64,000 nucleotides of DNA from Candidatus Cloacimonadales bacterium (lineage in GTDB: Bacteria > Cloacimonadota > Cloacimonadia > Cloacimonadales > DAONDQ01). Each line of letters opens with the position of its first letter. Position 1 is the first letter of the stretch. Of the stretch, positions 50,772 through 60,953 are shown piece by piece. The DNA lies in assembly GCA_963662275.1 (NCBI GenBank), contig OY759316.1, forward strand, positions 1,376,001 to 1,440,000. The letters are read 5' to 3'. Position numbers and translations under genes: made by a program. The notes below the pieces were generated by a model. It saw only the letters and a list, made by a program, of their open reading frames with translations, did not search any database and was not told the origin of the DNA.

Positions 50772-52800
50772 AAAAGTACTCAGAATATACAGAAAAGAAC
50801 TCTTGGAATTGTTCCGTGACCGTCGTACTCTTTTTACGACCATCCTATTACCTGTTATACTATATCCTGTTATATTCATCGGTCTTTCCTCCCTCATGAG
50901 CCGGCAGGAAACTAAAATGTCAGAAGCAGGGGCAACAGTGATTGTCCAAGATCATATCAAAGACAGTAATTCAAGATTGTTAATTTCTGAATTGAAACAA
51001 ATACCGAACTTTCAGATTCGGGAATCAGCAACATTTATTGATAAACTTTATAAAGAAAAAGCCATCCAAGCTGTCATCGACATTAGTGACTCCACTACGA
51101 CTGACGGTGTGGTTATTTACAAAATATTGATCAAATATGATAAAACAAATGATCGCAGCGATATGGCTTACATCAAACTGACAAATCAATTGAGTATCGC
51201 AGAGAAAAAGATCGTGGGACTTCGCTTAAAGACACGTGGTATCCCTGAAAGCTATGTGAATGCAGTTAAGGTGGTGGAAAACAATACTGCTTCTTCCCAG
51301 CAGATGATGGGTCTATTCTTTGGACGTTTCCTTCCTTATATGCTGGTTATGATGATCATTACCGGTGGAGCATATGTTGCAACTGATCTGGTAGCAGGAG
51401 AAAAGGAAAGAAAAACACTTGAAACACTACTTGTCAGTTCTGCTCATCGCAATGAGCTAGTATTAGGGAAATATCTTACTATCATCACAGTATCTTTCAT
51501 TAATGTGCTGGTCAACCTACTAAGTATATATTTTTCAATGTCCAAAGTGCTGAATTTAACTGGAGAAGTGGGTAACCAATTTTCTTTCCCTATGGGTAGC
51601 TTCGCCCTCATACTAGTTGCCTTACTGCCATTAATCACACTCTTTGCAGCAATTCTTTTATCAATTTCCACATTTTCTAGAAATATGAAAGAAGCCAAAG
51701 CTTATGAGGGTCCTTTGGTTATAGTGGCTATGATGCTGGGTATGATCAGCTTTCTTCCGTCTTTTGAGTTGAATAATGGCTTGGCTTTAATTCCAGTTAT
51801 CAATATCTCCTTATTATTCAAGGAAATTATGCTACAGCAGATGCAGCTTAGTCATTTCCTGATTACAATAGGCTCAACTATTTTACTGGATATTATTGCT
51901 ATTTATTTTACAATACGTTTGTTCAGTACAGAATCCGTGTTATTCCGTACGGAAGAAGAATCTATCAGTTTCAAATCCCTTCTTAAGAATAAACGGGCTT
52001 TCTTCACTCCCTATTTTGGTATGATCTATTATATTGCAGCCATGGCTGCGTTTTACTATCTTGGATTCAGTTGGCAGAAGGAAAATCTGGTAAATGGCTT
52101 ACTGCAAACACAAATAATTCTCATTTTCCTACCAGTCATCCTGATATTAAAAACTCTGAAATTGAATCAGAAAGAAGTACTGCGGTTGAAACCAACGAAA
52201 GGAATCAATTATCTTTTAGTCTTCCTAATGGCATTCCCAATGTTTGTGTTATCAACAGCGATAGCCCAGTTGATTAACCTGATTTATCCATTTCCACCTG
52301 AATATTTAAAGACGATGAATGGACTTATGGATATAGGAAATTTACCACTCTATAAAGTTGTTATGCTCATTGCCTTGCTTCCTGCTATATGTGAGGAAGT
52401 CATGTTTCGCGGTTTCATCTCACGTTTCTTTGAAAACTACGGAAGATGGACAGCTATTATTATTACAGCTTTACTATTCGGATTATTCCATCTTGACATG
52501 TATCGTATGCTTCCTGTAACAATACTCGGGATTTGGCTAGGATATCTTGTGATGCAAACTGGTAGTATCCAAATGTCAATGCTAGCTCATTTCCTAAATA
52601 ATGGAACTGCAGTATTAGTTTCATATTTAATAGAAAAGAAATTGTTTCCGAATTTGTTATTATCCGGTGATGATCTTTCCTGGTGGTTGTTACCTCCAGC
52701 GATAGTGATATTGGCATGCCTTGTATATCTCTTTCATCATCAGAATCGTACGATAATTGAAGTTGATATCGAAAATAAGGAGATTGTATGTGCGGAATAG
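50761..52800 (+). CDS. NatB-like ABC permease fused to a CPBP (CAAX/Abi) intramembrane metalloprotease
   Basis: KEL..LFRDRRT, AGEKERKTLETLL; C-terminal EEVMFRG, FGLFH, HFLNN; start at MNFRK overlapping the ATPase stop. Confidence 0.88.
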   Translation: MNFRKVLRIYRKELLELFRDRRTLFTTILLPVILYPVIFIGLSSLMSRQETKMSEAGATVIVQDHIKDSNSRLLISELKQIPNFQIRESATFIDKLYKEKAIQAVIDISDSTTTDGVVIYKILIKYDKTNDRSDMAYIKLTNQLSIAEKKIVGLRLKTRGIPESYVNAVKVVENNTASSQQMMGLFFGRFLPYMLVMMIITGGAYVATDLVAGEKERKTLETLLVSSAHRNELVLGKYLTIITVSFINVLVNLLSIYFSMSKVLNLTGEVGNQFSFPMGSFALILVALLPLITLFAAILLSISTFSRNMKEAKAYEGPLVIVAMMLGMISFLPSFELNNGLALIPVINISLLFKEIMLQQMQLSHFLITIGSTILLDIIAIYFTIRLFSTESVLFRTEEESISFKSLLKNKRAFFTPYFGMIYYIAAMAAFYYLGFSWQKENLVNGLLQTQIILIFLPVILILKTLKLNQKEVLRLKPTKGINYLLVFLMAFPMFVLSTAIAQLINLIYPFPPEYLKTMNGLMDIGNLPLYKVVMLIALLPAICEEVMFRGFISRFFENYGRWTAIIITALLFGLFHLDMYRMLPVTILGIWLGYLVMQTGSIQMSMLAHFLNNGTAVLVSYLIEKKLFPNLLLSGDDLSWWLLPPAIVILACLVYLFHHQNRTIIEVDIENKEIVCAE

Positions 52801-54623
52801 TGGCTTATATTGGAAAACGCAATGCCTTACCAATCGTCATTGAAGGTCTCAAACGTCTTGAATATAGAGGATACGATAGTGCTGGAATAGCTATTCTTCA
52901 TGATGATCAACTTGCGCTTTTTAAACGTAAAGGGAAGATCACAGAACTTGAACGTTCTCTTCCTGAACCTTCAAAACTAACTGGCTTAATTGCGATAGGA
53001 CATACCCGATGGGCTACTCATGGAGAGCCCACCGAAATCAATGCTCATCCGCACTTGGATTGTATGCATCGTTTGGCTATTGTGCATAATGGAATCATCG
53101 AAAATTATAAACCAATTAAAGAAAAGCTACTTACACTAGGACATATATTCAGTAGTGATACAGATACAGAAGTTCTTGCTCATTTGATCGAAGAGTTTCT
53201 GAAAACCATCCCATCCTTAGAAGAAGCAATTCGAGAAGCAATGAAAGTTGTGGAAGGTACTTACGGTATTGCCGTAATTAGTTTGGATTATCCTGATCGA
53301 ATTGTTGCTGCCAGAAAAGGCAGTCCTCTTATAGTGGGCGTAGGCAATGACGAATATTTTATCTGTTCTGATGTGAGTGCTGTTATTATTCATACGAAGA
53401 AAGTAATCTATCTCCAGGATGGTGAAATCGTTACTCTAACCCATGATGGTTTTGAAATTACAACGATGGATAATATTGCAGTAACCCCGAATATCTCAGT
53501 TGTGGATTGGGACGTTTCTGCCCTTGAAAAAGGGGAGTTCAAGCATTTCATGTTAAAGGAAATTTATGAACAGCCTTATTCCGTAGAAAATGCTTTTAGG
53601 GGAAGACTTGTGGATAGCCTTGCCGTAACGAAATTAGGCGGATTGCAGATGCGTGCTGATGAATTACGACGAATTAAAAGGATACAGTTGATTGCCTGTG
53701 GCACTTCCTGGCATGCCTGTTTGATTGGAAAATACATCATTGAATCTTTAGCGCGATTACCTGTGGAAGTAGAATATGCCAGTGAATACAGATATCGTAA
53801 TCCAATCATACCTGAAGATACACTCGTTATTGTGATTAGCCAATCTGGAGAAACGGCTGATACCCTTGCTGCAATGCGTGAAGCCCAGGCAAAGGGAGTC
53901 CGTGTTCTTGGTATCACTAATGTGGTAGGAAGTTCCATTGCGCGTGAATCGGATGGTGGTGTATATATTCATGCCGGCGCAGAAATTGGAGTCGCTTCCA
54001 CAAAGGCATTTACTTCTCAAGTAACAATTCTCTACTTATTGGCTGTGATGTTAGGCAGAATGAAGCACGTTTCACCAACTGACGGTTTAAGGTATCTTGA
54101 CGAAGTCAGAAAGATTCCCCATAAAATCGAACAAATCCTGGCTCTTAGTGAAGACATACGTAAAATTGCGAGTTCCATAATGTCCTCCACCAATGCCCTT
54201 TATCTGGGGCGTGGTGTCAATTATCCAGTTGCTTTGGAAGGGGCTTTGAAGCTTAAGGAAATATCCTACATTCACGCTGAAGGTTATCCGGCTGCTGAAA
54301 TGAAGCATGGACCTATTGCGCTCATCGACAAGAATATGCCTGTAGTTTGTATCGCACCTCAAGATATCCTATACGAAAAAATATACTCAAATATGCAAGA
54401 AGTGAAAGCTAGAAATGGAAGGTTGATATCTATTGCCACAGAAGGAGATACACAATTGCGTCAGATTTCTGAACATATTGTCTGTATTCCTGATACAATT
54501 ACTCCCCTTCAACCCTTGCTATTTGTCATACCGCTTCAATTATTAGCTTATCATGTTGCAGATTTACGTGGTTTGGACGTAGATCAACCCCGTAATCTGG
54601 CAAAAAGTGTAACCGTAGAATAG
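52788..54623 (+). CDS. glmS: Glutamine--fructose-6-phosphate transaminase
   Basis: MCGIV, LEYRGYDSAG, HTRWATHG, SQSGETADT, PRNLAKSVTVE. Confidence 0.99.
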   Translation: MCGIVAYIGKRNALPIVIEGLKRLEYRGYDSAGIAILHDDQLALFKRKGKITELERSLPEPSKLTGLIAIGHTRWATHGEPTEINAHPHLDCMHRLAIVHNGIIENYKPIKEKLLTLGHIFSSDTDTEVLAHLIEEFLKTIPSLEEAIREAMKVVEGTYGIAVISLDYPDRIVAARKGSPLIVGVGNDEYFICSDVSAVIIHTKKVIYLQDGEIVTLTHDGFEITTMDNIAVTPNISVVDWDVSALEKGEFKHFMLKEIYEQPYSVENAFRGRLVDSLAVTKLGGLQMRADELRRIKRIQLIACGTSWHACLIGKYIIESLARLPVEVEYASEYRYRNPIIPEDTLVIVISQSGETADTLAAMREAQAKGVRVLGITNVVGSSIARESDGGVYIHAGAEIGVASTKAFTSQVTILYLLAVMLGRMKHVSPTDGLRYLDEVRKIPHKIEQILALSEDIRKIASSIMSSTNALYLGRGVNYPVALEGALKLKEISYIHAEGYPAAEMKHGPIALIDKNMPVVCIAPQDILYEKIYSNMQEVKARNGRLISIATEGDTQLRQISEHIVCIPDTITPLQPLLFVIPLQLLAYHVADLRGLDVDQPRNLAKSVTVE

Positions 54624-54640
54624 TAGAATAGGAAGGCTGA

Positions 54641-56686
54641 ATGCCAAAACAACCGAATGATCTCAAACCTGGTGAAGTAATCAACAAGAAGGTGATTGAT
54701 CAACCGTGTAATGATACCGTTCCTGATACTCTATATCATTCTATCTTGGAAAATAGTCTGGTAGGAATTCTTCGCTTTGAACCTATCATCATGACAGATT
54801 CAAATGGAAAAATTAAATTCTGGAATCCAGGTTCAGAAAAATTATTCGGTTATTCTTATGATAAAATGCTGGGTACGAATATCCAAAACTTGTTTTGTGA
54901 TCAACAATTCAATCAGATTTATCCATTGTCTATTAACTTTTCGGATAGTGAGAAAGGGTTAGAGCAAGACCAGATAGGAAAAGTTTACGAACTTACCGCA
55001 AGAGGAAGGTTCATTAGTAGCATTCCTTTGGAAGTATCTGTCTCTTATCATTGTTATCAGGGGCAAACCTATGCAGTGCTAATTGCACGCAATATTACTG
55101 AAAGAATATTACAAATCGAAGAATTGCAGAAAGCAAAGGATGAAGCAGTAAAGGCAAATCGTCTGAAAAGTGAATTTCTTTCCAATATGTCTCATGAGAT
55201 CAGGACTCCTATGAATGCCATTCTCGGATTTGCAGCAATTACATTGAATTGTATTGAAAATGAAGAACATAAAGAGTACTTGCGAATCATACAGAAATCA
55301 GGAGAGAACCTGCTGCGTCTGCTGAATGATATTCTTGATCTTTCAAAAATAGAAGCTGAAAGAATGATACTTCAGCAGAAAGAATTCTCCATGCGAAAGT
55401 TGATGAATGAAGTCTATGAGATATTTTCGCTCCAAGCATCCCAAAAAAACATAAAATTTCTTAGTGAAATCAGTGATGATACACCAGATAAGTATATCGG
55501 TGATGAGCATCGCTTAAGACAGATATTGATTAATTTTCTATCCAATGCATTCAAATTTACAAGTGAAAATGGCACTGTTAGGGTATGTTTTTTTCACCGG
55601 AAAGATAAAGGATATTTTGAGATATCGGATACCGGTATTGGTATTCCTCAAGATAAAATAAATACAATACTGAATGCCTTTGTGCAGGTTGATGGTACTT
55701 TCACACGTCAATATAGCGGTACAGGATTGGGTCTCGCAATCACCCGTAGACTGGTCGAGTTGATGGAAGGTAAAATCGAAGTGACTAGTGAAGAAAAGAA
55801 AGGCTCTACTTTTAAATTTCATGTGAAGATGTTGGTGTCACAAGAAACAGATGCAGATCTGGAAAGCGAATACAGCGCTGATCGGAAATTTAGACACATA
55901 CTTAAGAGTACTGAGAATTACCGTAAAGGTGTATCCATGGTTCGGAAATGGATTCAATTTGCCGAAGGTGATGTGGAAATTGAGGATATTATTTGTGAGG
56001 CGATTACACTTCTTCCTGGAAAATTAGAGGAATTAATGGTTGTGATTAATAACAAAGATGAGAAGAAGCTAGATTTTCTTTCCCATTCCTTGAAAGGTGA
56101 AACTCTCAATCTACATATGAATGATATTGCGAAACATGCGAAAAAGATGAATGATGTGATCAGGCAGAAACCACCGGATTGGGTTGTTATTCAAGAAGAA
56201 CTGGAAGGATTAAAGGAGCTGATTTCTCTGATACCACCAGGTTATCTGGAGAGGCATCCAGTAAAATATTCAACGGAAAAAATATCCAGGCAAGATACAA
56301 TTCTAGTTGCAGAAGATAATGCGATGAATCAAAAACTCATGAAAACGATTATCGAAAAGCTTGGATTTGCCTGTGAAGTAGCAAACAATGGTCTGATAGC
56401 CTTAAATATGCTGATGGAAAATGAATACTTCATGTTGCTCCTGGATATGCAAATGCCTGTAATGGATGGTATGGAATTAATCAAGATAATTAGGGATGAT
56501 GTTCATATCAAAGATCTGTATGTGGTTGCTGTCACTGCTCATGCGATGAAAGGAGATAAGGAACTTTTCATGGAAGCTGGTTGTAATGACTATTTAGCAA
56601 AGCCAATAGAATTTGACAAACTGTCCAAAGTGATTGAAAACACACTCAAGAATAATCAAAAAGCAAATGAAAACACTGATAGCTAA
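54641..56686 (+). CDS. Cytoplasmic hybrid histidine kinase: PAS-HisKA-HATPase-HPt-REC
   Basis: MSHEIRTPMN, NAFKFT, GTGLGL, SHSLKG (HPt-like), LLDMQMPVMDG. Confidence 0.92.
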   Translation: MPKQPNDLKPGEVINKKVIDQPCNDTVPDTLYHSILENSLVGILRFEPIIMTDSNGKIKFWNPGSEKLFGYSYDKMLGTNIQNLFCDQQFNQIYPLSINFSDSEKGLEQDQIGKVYELTARGRFISSIPLEVSVSYHCYQGQTYAVLIARNITERILQIEELQKAKDEAVKANRLKSEFLSNMSHEIRTPMNAILGFAAITLNCIENEEHKEYLRIIQKSGENLLRLLNDILDLSKIEAERMILQQKEFSMRKLMNEVYEIFSLQASQKNIKFLSEISDDTPDKYIGDEHRLRQILINFLSNAFKFTSENGTVRVCFFHRKDKGYFEISDTGIGIPQDKINTILNAFVQVDGTFTRQYSGTGLGLAITRRLVELMEGKIEVTSEEKKGSTFKFHVKMLVSQETDADLESEYSADRKFRHILKSTENYRKGVSMVRKWIQFAEGDVEIEDIICEAITLLPGKLEELMVVINNKDEKKLDFLSHSLKGETLNLHMNDIAKHAKKMNDVIRQKPPDWVVIQEELEGLKELISLIPPGYLERHPVKYSTEKISRQDTILVAEDNAMNQKLMKTIIEKLGFACEVANNGLIALNMLMENEYFMLLLDMQMPVMDGMELIKIIRDDVHIKDLYVVAVTAHAMKGDKELFMEAGCNDYLAKPIEFDKLSKVIENTLKNNQKANENTDS

Positions 56687-56730
56687 AATCATAGTTCTTT
56701 TACGAAATTGATATTGGATATGAAGTTCAG

Positions 56731-57519
56731 ATGAGATACCATATTAGATGGAATAGATTTTGGCATTATATCCTACCTTCTCTATTTCTCATTTGCATTA
56801 TTATCATATGGGATTTGATAACAAGTAATGGCAGGATTGATCAGTGGATTTTACCTGCACCTGGTGAGATTGTGAAAGCACTGATTTCTTCAGGTCCATT
56901 ACTATTAGATCATGCCTCAGTTACAATTCGGGAAACTTTACTGGGGATGACTCTCGCCGTCTGCTTAGGTATTTTCATTGCATCATTACTGGAGCAGGTT
57001 AATCCTCTGAAACATACACTATATCCTTTTCTAATTGTCAGTCAAACCATTCCCATCATCTCTGTTGCACCTTTATTGATTTTATGGTTTGGATTTGGAA
57101 TTAAAGCAAAAGTTTTTATTGTAGCTCTTGTGTGCTTTTTCCCAATTACAATTAATTTATTGGATGGATTCAGAACTGTTAATCCGGAACAGATTAAATT
57201 ACTGAGAACCATGGGTGCAAGTCATTGGCAGTTATTCAGCAAAGTAAAAATGCCTTCTGCTTTACCTTTTCTCTTTTCCGGTTTGAAGATTGCAGCAACG
57301 TATAGTGTGATGAGTGCCATCATTGGTGAATGGCTGGGAGCATCTAGTGGCTTAGGTATATATATGACCAGGGCTTCCCATTCTTATCTTACTGCAAATG
57401 TCTTTGCTGCTATTGTAATGATCATTATCATAAGCTTCGCATTTTATATGATTATTGAATTATTGGAGCGCATTGTTATTCCCTGGCATTATTACAAAAA
57501 CGATGAATCATATGAGTAA
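56731..57519 (+). CDS. ABC permease, SsuC/TauC/ThiX-like
   Basis: ILPAP, QTIPII, MGAS..Q....KMPSALP, IIGEW..GLG. Confidence 0.9.
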   Translation: MRYHIRWNRFWHYILPSLFLICIIIIWDLITSNGRIDQWILPAPGEIVKALISSGPLLLDHASVTIRETLLGMTLAVCLGIFIASLLEQVNPLKHTLYPFLIVSQTIPIISVAPLLILWFGFGIKAKVFIVALVCFFPITINLLDGFRTVNPEQIKLLRTMGASHWQLFSKVKMPSALPFLFSGLKIAATYSVMSAIIGEWLGASSGLGIYMTRASHSYLTANVFAAIVMIIIISFAFYMIIELLERIVIPWHYYKNDESYE

Positions 57520-57530
57520 AGGAGAATTAG

Positions 57531-58517
57531 ATGAAAAACACTAGTAAGTTAATTCTGATTTTTATCATCATTTTACTAGGATTATTAAGTTGTACGAAAC
57601 AGAAAACAGATACTTCTCTACAGAAAGTAACTGTCATGCTTGACTGGACTCCGAACACCAATCATACAGGTCTTTATGTAGCGCTGGATAAAGGATATTA
57701 TAAGAATGAGGGATTGGATGTCCAAATTGTTCAACCCGGTGAAGGTATTACATTGCAATTGGTTGGTTCTGGGAAGTCCGAATTTGGAATTAGTTACCAG
57801 GAAGATGTAACTACTGCCCGAGCCAAAAATATCCCTGTTGTGTCTATTGGTGCAGTGATTCAACATAATACATCCGGATTTGCCTCGTTGAAAAAAGATA
57901 ATATCAAATCTCCGAGGGATTTTATGGGAAAATGTTATGGTGATTGGGGTTCACCAACTGCTACTGAGATCATCAGAGCCTTGATGGATAAGGATAAAGC
58001 GAATTTTAAGAGTGTAACAATCATCAGTGGCATCACAGAATTCTTTCATTCAATAGGGAAAGATGCTGATTTTGAATGGATATTCTATGGGTGGGATGGT
58101 ATCGAAGCGAAAAGAAGAGGAATGGATATTAATATCATTATGTTAAAAGACCTTGATCCTATCTTCGATTATTATACACCTGTCATAGTAACGAATGAAA
58201 CTCTAATTACCAGTAATGCTATTTTAGTTAAGAAATTCATGAATGCAACTGCCAAGGGATATGATTTTGCTATCCAGAATCCTGATGCTGCCTCTGATAT
58301 TCTAATTAAAAATGCTCCTGAACTTGACCCGCAGTTAGTAAAACTTAGCCAGGAATACCTCAGTAAAGAGTACCAGGCAGATGCTAAACAGTGGGGTTTC
58401 CAGAAGTTAAATGTTTGGAAGGATTATGCGCAATGGATGTACAATCACCGGCTTATCAGCGAGATGATCGATGTGAAAAAAGCATATACAAATGAATTCC
58501 TGCCAATTAAGAAATGA
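57531..58517 (+). CDS. ABC substrate-binding lipoprotein, NMT1/THI5 (ThiY-like)
   Basis: Lipobox LLSC; LDWTPNTNHTGLYVA..KGYY; DYYTPV. Confidence 0.9.
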   Translation: MKNTSKLILIFIIILLGLLSCTKQKTDTSLQKVTVMLDWTPNTNHTGLYVALDKGYYKNEGLDVQIVQPGEGITLQLVGSGKSEFGISYQEDVTTARAKNIPVVSIGAVIQHNTSGFASLKKDNIKSPRDFMGKCYGDWGSPTATEIIRALMDKDKANFKSVTIISGITEFFHSIGKDADFEWIFYGWDGIEAKRRGMDINIIMLKDLDPIFDYYTPVIVTNETLITSNAILVKKFMNATAKGYDFAIQNPDAASDILIKNAPELDPQLVKLSQEYLSKEYQADAKQWGFQKLNVWKDYAQWMYNHRLISEMIDVKKAYTNEFLPIKK

Positions 58518-59275
58518 TGCCTGAACTCGAAATATACCATATCAGCAAGAGTTACTTCTATAAAAAGGAAGAAACTCCTGCGTTAGTGGATATTTCTATC
58601 TCCATTCAAAAGGGGGAATTTGTTAGTCTCATTGGACCGAGTGGCTGTGGAAAAAGCACACTCCTGGAAATCATCTCAGGTCTGATAAAACCGGATGTGG
58701 GGGAGATACTTCTGCATGATTTTGATATTAAAGGGAAACCCGGTCATGTTAGCTTCATGCCACAAGACGATACTCTCTTCCCCTGGCGTACTATAATGGA
58801 TAATGTAATACTTCCACTTGAGATAGATAACGTAAAGAAAAATATAGCTATTAAAGAAGCTGAGTCATATTTTGAACTCTTTGGTCTAGCCAATTATGAA
58901 AACAAAAGACCTTTCATGCTTTCAGGTGGAATGCGACAACGAGCTGCCTTTCTACGTACATTTCTTGGCAAGAAGGAAATGCTTCTTCTAGACGAACCCT
59001 TTGCCAAACTCGATGCCCTCACTCGTATGAAAATGCAGAAATGGCTGTTAGATATCTGGAGTCATTTTGGTTATTCTGTCCTCATGGTCACACATGATAT
59101 CGAAGAGGCAGTCTGGATGTCAGATCGTATCTATGTCATGTCCGGCGCTCCCGGTAGAATCATAGCAGAGGAAAAGATACCATTCGCCCGACCACGTATT
59201 CCACATATCCGCTTTCAACCGGAATTTCTGGCTTTGAAGACGGAACTGACGGTGCTTTTAGGCGAGGAAGCCTAA
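58514..59275 (+). CDS. ABC ATP-binding protein, SsuB/TauB/ThiZ-like
   Basis: GPSGCGKST, LSGGMRQR, LLDEPF, VTHD. Confidence 0.93.
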   Translation: MMPELEIYHISKSYFYKKEETPALVDISISIQKGEFVSLIGPSGCGKSTLLEIISGLIKPDVGEILLHDFDIKGKPGHVSFMPQDDTLFPWRTIMDNVILPLEIDNVKKNIAIKEAESYFELFGLANYENKRPFMLSGGMRQRAAFLRTFLGKKEMLLLDEPFAKLDALTRMKMQKWLLDIWSHFGYSVLMVTHDIEEAVWMSDRIYVMSGAPGRIIAEEKIPFARPRIPHIRFQPEFLALKTELTVLLGEEA

Positions 59276-59278
59276 AAG

Positions 59279-59757
59279 CAATTAAAAATTAAAAGTTAAA
59301 AATTTAAAATTGCAGACATGAGTGCAGTGTTTGCCACCCTTCCCGGAGGTGGTATCATGAAGTGATGGGGTTAATCCAGTGTATTTTCTTTTCGCAGATA
59401 TGTTATAAAGTATAAGATTTACTTGTATACGCCAACTTATAATAATTTATATGGTTAGTAGTAGCTGTTTAGAACTGCCAAGATTGGAGAATGATTACTC
59501 ATTTATGGTACAGCTAATTCTTATTACCTCTTCCTTTTTTTCATAAACTGTGTAATTTTCTTTATGCATCTTTTAGATTTTAGTTTGATGTAAACAGATG
59601 GCTTGTGATCATTAAGTGAGCGAATACGTTAGTAGAAATTATGTAAAATAAGGAGCAGATAATTAAACTCTCCGCAAATCCCAACAATCCAGAGGATAAA
59701 CACATTGGTTTATCCCTACTCTGCAATTTTTAATTTTTAACTTTTAATTTTTAATTG
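59279..59757. repeat. 38-bp inverted pair of AATTAAA-heptamer/GCAGA arrays (59279-59316 and 59720-59757)
   Basis: 37/38 identical in inverted orientation; each follows the stop of one of two convergent genes. Confidence 0.9.
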
Positions 59758-59766
59758 AAAAGCTAA

Positions 59767-60933
59767 TTACAATTTTTCCTGAAAAATTGTGATTAGCTTT
59801 TCCACCGCCATGCTTGCAGTAATATCCCCATTCAGAAGCTGCTTCTGAACATCCGGCAAGGATGTCTTTATCCCCGGATTCTGGTAAAAGCTAGCTTCTA
59901 AATATTCCTGGATCATCGATTTTACCCAATCTAATACTTGTGAATTTCGACGTTTTAAGAAGAAGCCATTTTTTTTCGTCACTTCCTTGAAATTCTCAAT
60001 CAGTGCCCAGATTTCAGGAATGCCTTCTTCCGTGAGAGCAGAGCAGGTATAGGCATCAGTTTTCCAGCCTATTGTGGCAGGAGTTAGGTAATGAAGGGCA
60101 TGAGCATATTCAGAACAAGCCCTTTTTGCGCTTTGTATATTATCACCATCCGCTTTATTCACGACGATAGCATCGGCAAGCTCAATCACACCTTTCTTGA
60201 TACCTTGCAGTTCATCTCCTGCACCGGGGATCTGTAAAAGGAGAAAGAAATCAACCATGGAACGCACGGTGATTTCACTCTGACCCACACCGACCGTCTC
60301 CACGAGGATTACATCATATCCTGCTGCTTCGCATAAAAGCATCGTTTCACGCGTTTTCTTCGTCACACCACCAAGGGTACCACCCGAAGGAGAAGGACGT
60401 ATAAAACAGTGCGGATCACGCGCTAAACGCTCCATACGGGTCTTATCACCAAGAATACTTCCATGCGTGATACTGCTGCTCGGATCAACGGCAAGAACTG
60501 CCACATTATGCCCTTGCGAAGTAAGATAAGAACCGAAAGTCTCTATAAATGTACTTTTACCAGCGCCGGGTACACCTGTAATGGCAATGCGAATAGAATT
60601 ACCTGCTTTGGGTAAGATGTTGCGAATCAGCTCCTGTGCCAGTACCTGGTGAGTATGGGAATTGCTTTCCACCAAGGTAATAGCCCTGGCAAGGATCATA
60701 GTATCCCTGTTCAAAATACCAGCGATATAATCATTTATCGTCAGTTTCTTTGGATGTTTTACTGGTCGTAGCGCTCGATCTCCGAGCGGGTTGGATTGTA
60801 GGTCTCGATCTCCGAGCGAGTTGGATTTAGAAGGTAACCCATCGTGGACAGATTCCACACCAGGCATGACAGTGGTTGTGAATTCACTACCTGCATTAGC
60901 AGGAGTCCATTCCGGCTTCTTACTCTTTGGCAT
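59767..60933 (-). CDS. meaB: Methylmalonyl-CoA mutase-associated GTPase
   Basis: ITGVPGAGKST, AVDPSS, GSILGDKTRM, ETVGVGQSE, GDELQGIKKG, NKAD. Confidence 0.96.
   Translation of the reverse strand: MPKSKKPEWTPANAGSEFTTTVMPGVESVHDGLPSKSNSLGDRDLQSNPLGDRALRPVKHPKKLTINDYIAGILNRDTMILARAITLVESNSHTHQVLAQELIRNILPKAGNSIRIAITGVPGAGKSTFIETFGSYLTSQGHNVAVLAVDPSSSITHGSILGDKTRMERLARDPHCFIRPSPSGGTLGGVTKKTRETMLLCEAAGYDVILVETVGVGQSEITVRSMVDFFLLLQIPGAGDELQGIKKGVIELADAIVVNKADGDNIQSAKRACSEYAHALHYLTPATIGWKTDAYTCSALTEEGIPEIWALIENFKEVTKKNGFFLKRRNSQVLDWVKSMIQEYLEASFYQNPGIKTSLPDVQKQLLNGDITASMAVEKLITIFQEKL
60768..60827. repeat. Two tandem 30-bp GTAG + hairpin units inside meaB
   Basis: gtagcgctcgatctccgagcgggttggatt / gtaggtctcgatctccgagcgagttggatt (27/30). 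Confidence 0.85.
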
Positions 60934-60953
60934 ATACCTTCCTTAGCTTTGAC

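Noticed and set aside
52700..52790. glmS ribozyme
   Set aside because: glmS overlaps the upstream CDS; there is no leader and no consensus.
54600..54700. Tn7 insertion at attTn7 downstream of glmS
   Set aside because: The kinase gene starts 17 nt after the stop; no Tn7 end or tns genes.
56687..56730. TPP riboswitch before the ThiXYZ-like ABC genes
   Set aside because: The gap is only 44 nt and has no CTGAGA core, so the substrate assignment stays tentative.
59600..59645. Integron attC site (CGTTAG..)
   Set aside because: No matching inverse core or paired arms found upstream, and no integrase in the window.
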